This document shows positions 10,263 to 21,504 of a stretch of 40,241 nt of DNA, piece after piece. The stretch comes from Neoconidiobolus thromboides FSU 785. Lineage: Eukaryota; Fungi; Entomophthoromycota. Both the position numbers and the translations under genes were made by a program. The notes beneath the pieces were generated by a model. That model was not told where the DNA came from, searched no databases, and saw only the letters and a program-made list of their open reading frames with translations. Numbering within the stretch: position 1 is the stretch's first letter; each line of letters starts with the position of its first letter. The stretch is taken from positions 1 through 40,241 of the forward strand of contig MU626431.1 of NCBI GenBank assembly GCA_025603075.1, given 5' to 3'.

Positions 10263-11528
10263 TTAAAAAACTTGTCGGACATTTGCATTCACTCTGCTTG
10301 TTTCTAAATATTCTGCTATTGGATCCCAAAGTTCTTCCTCTCCTTTTTCTAAATCATAATTAAACTTGCTACTTTTTAAATAACTTGGTAACGTGTTTTC
10401 AATTATCCTTGGGACACCTAAATAATTAAATATTAGTATATTTTATATATCATTTTACAATCATTTTCTTGTTTTATTACCATGATAGAATAATCTAGAA
10501 GGCCCTGCCATTATAACAATGTCGCCAGAACTTAATCGTATTGGAAAAGGTTCTTTTTCTTTATTTTCATGACCCATAACAAACACAGCGTCATTGCCAA
10601 AGCTAAATGAAATTAAGGGAGATGTAGTATTTGGTTCACTTTTGTCAATATGTCCCATTAAAGCATCTTTATATTGATAAAAATTAAACACACCTGCTTC
10701 TGGACTATAAGTTTTATTATCAAATTTAAAATGGAATTCATCAAAAAACTCAATATCATAAATGCAATCTATTATACTTTTACATAAATCTCCCAAAAAT
10801 GAAGGTACTTTTACTTCTTCGTTATATAAATATTTCTTAGTTGGCCAATGATATTGTACTCCAAAAGTAATCCATCTTAATTTATAAATTAGTTTATCAC
10901 TTGTCATCTGTTTTAAATTAGTATTCTTTATTGGAGCATTTTTATCATTCAAGCCATTATATTGATATCCTTGGGTTGCTAAAGTAGTTTTGATTCCTTT
11001 GTATTCGCTCTCTTTCTTTTCTTCACCATTATTTTTTAACTCATTTAAATCTAATTTTAACTTTACGTCACTTAATGTGATATCTGGATTATTATATTTA
11101 TTTACATATTCGGTAAATATCCCATCTTTTGGTATGATATAATGGGTATCTAAATTACTAATAAAAGGTGGTCTGATATGATCAATAGTGTTTAACAAGA
11201 TTTCTCTTTGTGCTTTATCTTTAAATGGATTTGGTATATATATAAATCCTGGTAATCCTTTAATAATATATGCTTTATCTATATTTGAATTAAGATAAGG
11301 GTGCTCTAAAGGTTTATTTAAATTCACTTCTTTTATTGAATATTTATTATCATCGACATTATTAAATTGTATTAAACTATTGAAATCTGGCTCTGGAACT
11401 CGTTGCTTGTATTTTCTTTCCATTAGTCTAAATGCACTTTGGTTAGAATATTTACTCGCATCCCTTTTAGAAGCCTCTAGTAATTGTAGTCGCTTCTGTC
11501 TGTTACTCATCATTTTATTATTTTCCAT
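10263..11528 (-). CDS. ALKBH1: AlkB-family Fe(II)/2OG dioxygenase, ALKBH1 orthologue, 2 exons
   Basis: LRWITFGVQYHW, EAGVFNFY...MGHIDKSE (HxD), SGDIVIMAGPSRLFYHG|VPRI, SRVNANVRQVF*; last exon ~10420-10263 found by hand. Confidence 0.9.
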
Positions 11529-12116
11529 ATTATTTAATTAGTCTACAAAATTAAAAGTAGAATGAATATTTTTTTGATACAAAAGTTTATTTTGATCTGA
11601 TTTAAAATGGTTTCAAAATTTCATATCTGCTATTCCAAATACATAAGTAATATAACATATCCAAAAAATACTACAAATATATTTATTTTATATATGATTT
11701 ATTGTATAAATCTATAATGACATGTATTATACCTACTGGAAAGTTAAAAGAGTGTTGTTAATATTTGAATTTTTGAAGTTAATATATAATAGTTTACATC
11801 AGTTTAAAACACAAAATGATTGCAATGACTTGGGATTAATATAGTAGACAAGATGAACTCATAAAGGGTCATAAATTAGACCAAAGGAATGTATTTTTAT
11901 CGCAACATTATAATACTAAATATAAAAATAGTCTATATTAACTTTGATCAATATTTTTGACATTACCAAAACAAAATAAAATAGTTTTTCGAAACTCATA
12001 ATTTTAGCCAATTATTTCAACTTGGAACTAAGTTTAATCGAAAAATTATTGTAATAAATTTACAGCTATTTAGAGCCAGCATTAGCTAATTTGATCCTTC
12101 TCTCAAAGGCTTTAAG

Positions 12117-13406
12117 ATGGTAAGTAGCAATAAACTAAAACACAAATGGATACATCCATCTGAAAGACAACAAGATCCAACAATCATACTCACAATCAAA
12201 GATAATCAGAAAGTAATATGATATTAATTAATGTTTTAGTCTCATCGTAAATTCGAAGCACCTCGCCATGGTCATTTGGGTTTCTTACCCCGTAAACGTG
12301 CCACTCGTCACAGAGGAAAGGTAAAGACTTTCCCTAAGGATGACCCAACCAAACCAGTTCATATGACTGCTTTCATGGGTTACAAGGCTGGTATGACTCA
12401 TATTGTTCGTGAAGTTGAACGTCCAGGATCCAAAATGCACAAAAAGGAAACTGTTGAAGCAGTTACCGTTATCGAAACTCCACCAGTTGTTGTTGTTGGT
12501 GCCGTTGGTTATATTGAAACTCCAAAAGGTCTCCGTGCCCTTACCACTGTTTGGGCTCAACATCTCTCAGATGATCTTAAGCGTCGTTTCTACAAAAACT
12601 GGTACAGATCAAAGAAGAAGGCTTTCACCAAGTATGCTAAGAAACATGCTGAAGAAGGTAAAGAATTCGCCAAAGATCTTGAGCGTATCAAGAAATACTG
12701 TACCGTAGTACGTGTTCTTGTACACACTCAAATCCGTAAAGTTAAACTTGATCAAAAGAAAGCCCATCTTATGGAAGTTCAACTTAACGGTGGTTCCATT
12801 GCTGACAAAGTCCAATGGGCTTCTGAACACTTTGAAAAAACCATTGAAGTTGGTGCCGTTTTCGAACAAAATGAAATGATTGATGTTATTGGTGTCACCA
12901 AAGGTAAAGGTTATGAAGGTGTTACCCATCGTTGGGGAACCAAGAAACTTCCTCGTAAGACCCATCGTGGTTTACGTAAAGTTGCTTGTATCGGAGCCTG
13001 GCATCCATCTCGTGTCATGTACTCCGTGGCACGTTCAGGTCAAGATGGTCACCATCATCGTACTGAAGCTAACAAAAAGATTTACCGTATTGGTTCAGGC
13101 TCTGATAATAAGAATGCTGCCACTGATTATGATCTTACTGAAAAGACTATCACTCCAATGGGTGGTTTCCCACACTACGGTGTTGTCAATGAAGATTTCG
13201 TCATGATCAAGGGTGCCTGTGTTGGTGTCAAGAAGAGAATCCTCGTTCTCCGTAAATCTCTCTTCGTCCATAAATCTCGTTCTTCCCTCGAAAAGATCAC
13301 CCTCAAATTCATCGATACTTCTTCCAAATTCGGACACGGTCGTTTCCAAACTTCCCAAGAAAAGAGTACTTTCTACGGTACCCTCAAGAAGGATCTCCAA
13401 AACTAA
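12117..13406 (+). CDS. RPL3: 60S ribosomal protein L3 (uL3), 2 exons
   Basis: ATG at 12117, intron 12120-12239, then [20 protein letters not shown]...[14 protein letters not shown]; strong codon bias. Confidence 0.98.
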
Positions 13407-13793
13407 AAATTGCTCTTGCAGTATTTTTTATGTAGTAAAAATATTTAAAATTAATCTTAATATAGATACAGCTTATTTAGGTCTGGACTTATTACAAATT
13501 TATTCATAGACTTTTAACTTTATAGTATATTATATTTTAGCCACACTTATCTTTTTAGGATTAGCAACAATGACAGGACAATTGGATAAAATAAGAGGCT
13601 ATGCTAATATTGTAACTTCGATTAAACTTCAAAACTTACAATAGTACTAAACGATAAGCTGCTTCATATGTTTTACAGCATATATATTTAAATGAACATC
13701 ATAAATTTAAGTATCAAGGTAAAGAGCTAGAGTTTAGGATTAAATGTTATTCAATAATTTAATATTCAATTTAAATGTAAATTAAGAACATAT

Positions 13794-13890
13794 GGGGATG
13801 TATTTTTGTTTAAGAATTTTGCTAATAATTTTTCACTCAAATAGCGCTTAAAAGATAGAAAAAGTAATGAAGTCAAAAAAAATCATCCTC
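13794..13890 (+). mobile_element. MITE-like element copy 2
   Basis: ATAT|GGGGATGTATTTTTG...CATCCTC|ATAT, 97 bp, colinear with copy 1. Confidence 0.85.
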
Positions 13891-14233
13891 ATATATTAAT
13901 TCATTAGTAAGCCATTAAGCAAATAATAAATATTTGATATCAGAAGCTTCGACATGAGTATGATTTTTTAAATATTAATCCAATATAGCTGAAATTGAGT
14001 TGAAAAAGTAGACATGAGTGAAAGGAAAATAGCCATTCTCGTGCAACATACAAGTATAATTTTATTGTTATCAATATAATATTTACATTTCAACTATTGA
14101 AATGGTAGTATAAGAATTGCGGCATTAATATAAATAGACTTAAGTTGTTAAATGAAAAACATAATTCTTCGGACATCATAAACTAAAAGTATAATTATAT
14201 AATTCAATATCAAATTAGGTTTTAATATATTAT

Positions 14234-14960
14234 TTATTTAGATTTACATATATACTTAGAACATCCTTGAGTATATTTGAATTCGCCGATGATTTCTTTA
14301 ACTTTATGGCATTTGAGAAATATGTTCAAAGTATTTAGCAAAATTGGGATACTGATCATGATGTTCTTTGACATAAAATTTGCTATAAATATCATCAATA
14401 GCACAAATTATAAATATGTCAGCTAAAGTAAATTGATTTTCGACTAAACATCCTCTCCCTTTTAACTGGTATCAAAGTATATTGATGTTTTATTAACATG
14501 ATTATATGCAACCTCTTCGATTTTCTTATCACACTCTCCAAAACCTATGATAGGAAAGAGCAAATCAATAGGAAACGGATCAATTTGGGTTGATATGTAG
14601 AAGGAGTATTTAAAGATCTTTCCATATTCATTTACATCAACACCTAATAAAGGATTATTTTCTTTTTGAGAAACAAGATATAAAGCGATAACATCCGATT
14701 TTGTTAAATAAAGGCCACTTTTTGATTCAAATATAGGCGTTTGGCTTAATGAGAGTTTCTTAAGATGTTCTTCATTTTTATTATTAGCACCAAATCTAAA
14801 GTTAGGATTATAATCAATTTCTACTATACTTGACTTTGCAATTAGAAAAATCCTATATGCCCTTTCATAATTTGATATACTACATAAACCCTTTATTATG
14901 TAAATAGGTTATAAGATAAATAAACAAATATCATTTAAAAATTACTCCAACAGAAGGTGT
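14234..14960 (-). pseudogene. Degraded eEF1Bgamma-type GST (copy 2)
   Basis: Aligns end to end with copy 3 (SQTPIFESKSGLYLTKSDVIALYLVSQKENNPLLG...). ATG replaced by ACA at ~14960; 1-nt deletion at ~14467 giving TAA; 1-nt insertion at ~14305; intron position retained. Confidence 0.85.
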
Positions 14961-15997
14961 TTTAATTTATTCTATACCTTTTTGAAAAACATATTTCCTA
15001 AAGTTTATTTGATCATATATTCATTCTTTATAGCTTTATTTTGTGGGTTAGTAATTAATAGTGACATTAAAGGTTTAATCGATTTCGACTACTTGGTCTG
15101 CTTCATATTTATAAACCTAAATATGTTATACATGTAAAAAATTGCTGAAAAGTAGTTTGCATATTTATATCATTTTTAATAGGAAACAGCTGTCTATATT
15201 AGAAATTAAAACTTTTTTAAATTACATATTGGTAGTATTATCATAACTTTTGAACTATCTATGATACAACGTTAGCTGAAGGATAGTTTTTCTAATTAAA
15301 GCAGATAAAAATTTGAGTTTTTCTGATACCGTTATCTTTTATTCGTATATTTATTTTATAGCTTCTTTAATCAAAATCATTATCGTAATCTATTTTAACA
15401 TTTGTTGAGCCAACTTTGATCAATATATTAATAAAAAGTGATGTAAACTTTCAGTCAATTTTAGAACTCAAGTTTTAAAAATTCATAATTTATAACAAAT
15501 ATACTTCAAAATCTGTTAATACTGATATTATGATTTATTGGCTACGAAAAACGTTACTTACTTTATTAAGAAAAGATTTAATTTTTCAAAAATAGTCTTA
15601 AAAACTTAAATTAAGTTAATTTTTAAGTCACATGTAAAATACTTTCAAATATTATTTTAGTAGTTGTTTTCTTATTTTGTAGGATCGCTTTTAGAGTAAC
15701 AGATTTTGTATAAATGAATCCTAATTTTATTTATATCATAACAAAAATCCATATTTTGAATTTATTTGAAATATGAGTAAAATCCCAATAAACAATAAAG
15801 TTAGAGACCAATTTTCTTCTTAACCCTTTCTTCTTTTGGTCAATTTTCAATATTTCTTTCAAATAACTATTTAAGAAGCAATTAACTTATGCTTTGTAAC
15901 AAGAAGCAGTATGGCTAACAAACAAATATCACCATTATCTAACTACTACTTTTATTCTACTATTAATATTTGGAGGTATAGATCCTTTTTTTAATAC

Positions 15998-16092
15998 GAG
16001 GATGTGTTTTTGTATTTAATTTTACTATCAATCTTTCCACTCAAATAGTGCTTAAAAGATGGAAAAAGTAATGAAGCCAAAAAAATGTCCCT
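15998..16092 (+). mobile_element. MITE-like element copy 3
   Basis: ATAC|GAGGATGTGTTTTTG...GTCCCT|ATAT, 95 bp, same internal core CACTCAAATAG.GCTTAAAAGATGGAAAAAGTAATGAAG. Confidence 0.8.
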
Positions 16093-16200
16093 ATATGTTC
16101 TACAAAAAAATCAATGATGTTATTTGATACAGGTGTTAAAAATCGGCAACAGCTAATAATATAAAGTAATGAAATATCAGTCAAAATAATTTATTAGGCA

Positions 16201-16920
16201 TTAAGCTTTTGGTGCAAGATTAGGACGTTCTTGAGCATACTTGTATTCACCGATAACTTCTTTTACTTCAGATAATTGAGAAATACCATCAAAGTACTTA
16301 GTAAAGTTGGGGAATTTATCACGGTGTTCTTTAGCATAAAATTTACTATAAAGACCATCAACACCAGTAAATAAAATTACATCAGCAACAGTAACTTGAT
16401 TTCCAACTAAATAGGTTTTCCCTTTTAATTGACTATCAAGGTAGCCTAAGGCTCTATCAATACGGCTATATGCTCCTTCTTCTTTCTTTGCATCATATGG
16501 AGCAAAGCCTAATATAGGTAAATACAAATCAAGGAAAGATGGGGTAATTTGGGTTGAAACGTAGAAGGAATATTGGAGTATTTTGGCATATTCATTTTTA
16601 TCAGCACCTAATAATGTGTTGTTTTCTTTTTGGGAAGCAATATAAAAAGCAATAGCATCAGATTCAGTCAATAAAAGACCATCTTTCGATTCAAAAGCAG
16701 GTGTTTGGCCTAATGGAAACTTGCTAAGATATTCTTCAGTTTTGTTGTCAACACCAAATTTAAAGTTAGAGTCATAATCAATTTCAATACCACTAAGTTT
16801 AGCAGTAATCAATGGCTTATTTATTCTGCCATTGTTTGCGGGGCCATATAAACGCTATAAAGTAGATTAGTTTCAAAGTTATAGACATCTTATATATAAA
16901 CTTACTCCAATTGAAACCAT
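16201..16920 (-). CDS. eEF1Bgamma-type GST copy 3, 2 exons, no EF1G C-terminal domain
   Basis: MVSIG|RLYGPANNGRINKPLITAKLSG...FPLGQTPAFESKDGLLLTESDAI...PKA*; same intron site and length as copy 1. Confidence 0.88.
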
Positions 16921-18555
16921 TTTAATTTGTTATTTATTACTTGTTTTTCTTATAATATATTTGTTAGGTTTTATTTTGTTTATATATTTCTTCGGTGAAT
17001 GTGTTTATCTTTTGATTACTAATTAGAGATACCAGTATGTTTGGGTTGGTTGAATTCAATTGGTTCATTATTTGATGTATTATTATTAGTGGTAAAAATA
17101 CCCGATTGACATTCTTGTAGAATTAAATCGATTTATTCTTATGTCAAGAAAAAAAATGAAGTTATTAGTCTATGATTAGATTTCATCCAATAAACATCTC
17201 AATAGTTTCTTTATAACAAGAAAGATTCCTGATTTTCAAGCAAAAAGTATATTAGTAATCAAGTTTAAAACTATATGTACTTTGATAAATGTATTATTAA
17301 TATACAATTACATTAATGTATATTTTCATCCTTAAAATTAATATATGATTATTCTAGAATACCAATTTATTTCATATATCATATATCTTATATCTTATAC
17401 TATATATCTTATATAATCAAAATAATTTATAAAATAACCTTTATGGTTTCAAAGACTAAGCTTTATAATTTATAGGTAAAGCCAAGTTGTATAGTAAACA
17501 AATATAGCAAATTGTTTTCTGAATTTAAAAATTGGATACTTTATTAAGATGTATATAAAATGTATTTTATAAAATATGTTCCTTTCTAGGTTTTTATATG
17601 TAAAAACTGGTTAATGTCTGTACAGTAACTTTTAATTAATGAGAGTTTTTTTTTGTTTTTCTTTATTGCGTTTATTTATAGTTTCTTAGCTTATAATATG
17701 TTTTTAGTGACTAAAGTGTCATGGAGCTAACGTATAAGTTAAAAACTATAAACACTTTTTAAAGTTTTATTTATCATATTATGTAGATATTTAATTTACT
17801 TTTTTTGTTATTTCAATGTTACTTCTATTAGCATATATCTTAGTATTCCATTAAACAGAGATCTTTAAAAGCTTATTAAAAATAATGTTTTAATTTGATT
17901 CAATTATTAATCTTAAAAGGTTTATTTACGCTTATTGATATCGGTTTTAATTTTTAATTAGTCTTTACTATTACAGTCTTGCTAATAAACCCTAATTTTT
18001 TTATATTACATATCTATTTATTTTAATAAAATGTTGCTATAGTAAACCATACATTTACAAAGACTTCATATTAGGTATGTTACTTTATCGTGTTTTTTAC
18101 AATAATATATATTTTTTAAGTAAAACTATATTATAAAGTTTTCACAATGTCGCTTTGTTTCAATGAGATTAGCTTTAGCGTTCAATAAATTTCTTTAAAA
18201 TATAATGAAAATAATAAAATATCAATAATTTGAGTAATTTATAAAGTTTATCATTGACTTCGTTTTCATTATGCTGATATTTTAAAATACTTAGTCTTTT
18301 TTATAGGTAATTAATAGCTTTCTAGCAAAAAGTATTTTAACAAACAATGTGATATATGTTAAAGTCTTCAAAACATTAACATTACTCGAAATAATAGATT
18401 GTGCAGGTGTTGATAAATAGTGACAATATTAGTTTTATAATTGTATAACATTTAAAAACTATCAAGAGAATATTACTTAAAATAGAAACTAGTATTTTAT
18501 TTGTTTATTTAATTTAAAGGTGTAAAATAAAAATTAAATTTTTATTAATTTTTAA

Positions 18556-19972
18556 ATGAGTTCAACTTTAATCTCAAATGATGTTGCATTAACAGCTACT
18601 GGTAATAATGTAAATATCGAAGAAGATTTAATAGATCGATCGTATTCAGCAGGGCCAGTAGTAAGTAATAATGAAAATATAACTTTATATTATAAATAAC
18701 TCAATTAGGCTGCTTCAATATTAAATTCTTCAATTCATAGTTTGAGTGCAACTAAAGATATGAAATGGATAGTTACGGGGGGCGAAGATGCATATATTAG
18801 AAAATACGATTTTTTTTCAAGTATAAATGGTAAAGTGCCGCTTACTATGGCGCAGAGACATGCTACAGTTGATGTATGCTCAAAGGCTGGTATTATAACT
18901 TCGTATTGGGACAATCAAATCACGTTACCACAAAATAATCGACCAATAAGTGGGAATGATCCTAGATTTGAAGAGTCTTTTTCACCTGTTTACTCAATTT
19001 ATTTAGAATCAAAAGCTGTTTGGTGTTTATCTGGACTAAAGAATGGGGATATTAATTTATATACTGTTAGACATGAAGAAGGTAAATTGCATCACGTTTT
19101 TAGGGAGCATGGAGAGCCTGTATCTGTATTGAAAACATTTAATAATGAAAAAGCATTAATATCTGGATCTTGGGATAAAAGTATTAAGGTAAGTTATAAG
19201 TAAAATAGTATACAATATGATATCACAATATAATATAGTAAGTCTGATTTGTTAATTATCGCTCATTCTAGATCTGGGATTTAAATAATGGTACTAAAAT
19301 TACCGACTTAAGTTTTCATGCTAACCAAATAACATCAATTAATCACCACCCTAATAATGAAAATAATATAATTTTAAGCACATCGTTTGATGGCAATTCA
19401 TTTCTTTGGGATCTTAGAATGAAATTAAATGACATCAAAAATCAACCAATAGCGAGTATAAGTGTACCAGAAAACACTCCCAAATGGGCCCTATCATCCT
19501 GTTTTAATAAAGATGGTAATGTTATATTCACAGGCAGACGTAATTCAACGGTTGATAGCTTTGACTTAAGAATGAATAAATTCAGCAATACATTATTATT
19601 GCCAAATAGTTCTGGGGCCATCTCGGCTTTGGCATCTCACCCAATTAAAAACTTTTTAATGATTGGATCGTATGATAATTTACGAATGTGGAATCTAGAC
19701 AATAACGGTACTAATAATACTATTAATACCAACAACATAAACAATTATTTAATTCCTTATCAACTTGTTCCTGGGCATCAAACAGGAATGATATCACAGA
19801 TAGGTAAAAAAGATTATAATTCATCTATATATATTCATACTATTTTTATTAATATTAATATCATTTAGTAATTGATGATAGTGGTAAGTATATGGCCACT
19901 ACTTCAGGTAATCGTGGCTGGGAAGGTATTTCAGCCAACACTACTATATTTTATGAAATTAAGTTTAATTAA
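18556..19972 (+). CDS. SPT8: SAGA subunit Spt8 (WD40), 4 exons
   Basis: TGGEDAYIRKYDF, GKVPLTMAQRH, SYWDN, LSGLKNGDINLYTVRHEEGK, SGSWDK, terminal MATTSGNRGWEG (Spt8 signature). Confidence 0.9.
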
Positions 19973-20065
19973 ACTATATAAAAGTAGCATTTAATTGGTT
20001 GAAATTTTCATACAATATGTTTTGTTTTTTTCTATTTTATTTCTTTTACTTTATTATTATTAACA

Positions 20066-21400
20066 ATGATTAATAATGTCAATTTATTTAACTTACCAAC
20101 CAATTTGATTGGAATGATAATAGAAAACATAGATTCAAAAGAAAGATTAAACCTCAGATTAATTAGTAAATATATTAATAGTAGTATCAATAATGTAATA
20201 TTTAAACATATAGTTATTACAAACGAATCAGATTTACGAATAATTCAAAAGTACAATCATTGCATTCAACGCATTACTATTCAGGATACCAAACTAATTA
20301 GGAACGATATTCTAATTTATTTTTTATACAATTGTGAGTTTATTGATATGCTAAGTTTATGGAATGTTAACACTAGTAGTATATTTATCAAAACAATATT
20401 CAAGTTCAATTTTATTTATAACTTAAATAAAATAGTTTTAGTTGATATTGATACCAACTTAAAAGAGTGGAAATATTTTTACAAATTAAATAATTTACAA
20501 TCTATTACAATAACAAACACCAACAGAAACTGCTATAGATTTGATTTTAACTTATTATGTCATTTTAGTTGTAAACAATTAAAACATTTTGAAATGAACA
20601 ATGTTGAATTGCATAAAAGTTTACTACTAATATTATATACTAAGTTCCCAAATTTAGTAACACTAAAGTTAAATGGCAGTATTGGTAAAAGTAGATTATT
20701 TAGTAATAGCGAAATAGTATTTAAACAATTGAAGATACTGATATTAAACATTAAGTTTACTACTAATAATGGTTGGGGAACTATCACACCAAGTCAAGAT
20801 CAACTACCAAATTTAACTGACTTAAGCTTATTCGAAAGTCAAACCTTAACAGAAATAACAAATAAAAAGATCGTAACATCTTTTATAGATAGCAAATGGA
20901 GTAACGTAAAAAACCTTCATTTAAATGTTTATTCATTATTACCTCGTGATAAATTTAACTTTGCTTTTCCAAAAATAACCAAACTAGTACTTAATGGATC
21001 TACTGGCGTAATGAATATAAAGACAAAATATTATTACCAGTTGATATTTGAATATGGAAAAAAGATAAAAGAGTTAGTTATGATTAATAACATATTTGGT
21101 GTTGACACAGTTCCATTTAATCCTTTAAATCTCCACTTAAAAAGTATCACTTTTCAAGGGTGTCAAATTGATGATAAGTATTTTTTTACCTGGTTTGTTA
21201 ATCGTTTTAAAAGTTTAGCTTCCATTTCCTTTATTGATTGTCTTTTTGCTCAAGAGGTGTTATTGCCCTTTAAGCCTATCCAAACGAAATCAATTCTTAT
21301 ATATATTAAGAATACTAATCTATCTTATCATTTTATTCATTCCATTTATAGTTCACTTAAACAATTCACTTTTATTATTGATGACAAAATCATGGAATAA
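20066..21400 (+). CDS. F-box / leucine-rich-repeat (RNI-like) protein, intronless
   Basis: N-terminal LFNLPTNLIGMIIENIDSKERLNLRLISK (F-box), then LxxLxL repeats (FPNLVTLKL, LPNLTDLSL, FPKITKLVL). Confidence 0.8.
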   Translation: MINNVNLFNLPTNLIGMIIENIDSKERLNLRLISKYINSSINNVIFKHIVITNESDLRIIQKYNHCIQRITIQDTKLIRNDILIYFLYNCEFIDMLSLWNVNTSSIFIKTIFKFNFIYNLNKIVLVDIDTNLKEWKYFYKLNNLQSITITNTNRNCYRFDFNLLCHFSCKQLKHFEMNNVELHKSLLLILYTKFPNLVTLKLNGSIGKSRLFSNSEIVFKQLKILILNIKFTTNNGWGTITPSQDQLPNLTDLSLFESQTLTEITNKKIVTSFIDSKWSNVKNLHLNVYSLLPRDKFNFAFPKITKLVLNGSTGVMNIKTKYYYQLIFEYGKKIKELVMINNIFGVDTVPFNPLNLHLKSITFQGCQIDDKYFFTWFVNRFKSLASISFIDCLFAQEVLLPFKPIQTKSILIYIKNTNLSYHFIHSIYSSLKQFTFIIDDKIME

Positions 21401-21504
21401 AGCTGAATTCCCATAATAACTCAATAAAACGTGATTGGTCTAAATAATTTGATTTAAGCATTTTCTAAAAATTTATTTTATTATTATTAAGCATAATAAT
21501 TAGT

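Noticed and set aside
12120-12239. RPL3 intron about twice the usual length, possible intronic snoRNA
   Set aside because: No properly arranged C/D or H/ACA boxes and no recognisable guide.
12285-13509. Alternative-frame and antisense ORFs over RPL3 (likewise over SCP160, OSCA, the PHD gene and the F-box gene)
   Set aside because: Shadows of biased codon usage in real genes; no recognisable domains.
17106-17148. Imperfect palindrome TTGACAT...ATGTCAA upstream of GST copy 3
   Set aside because: Not shared with the copy 1 promoter; consistent with chance in AT-rich DNA.
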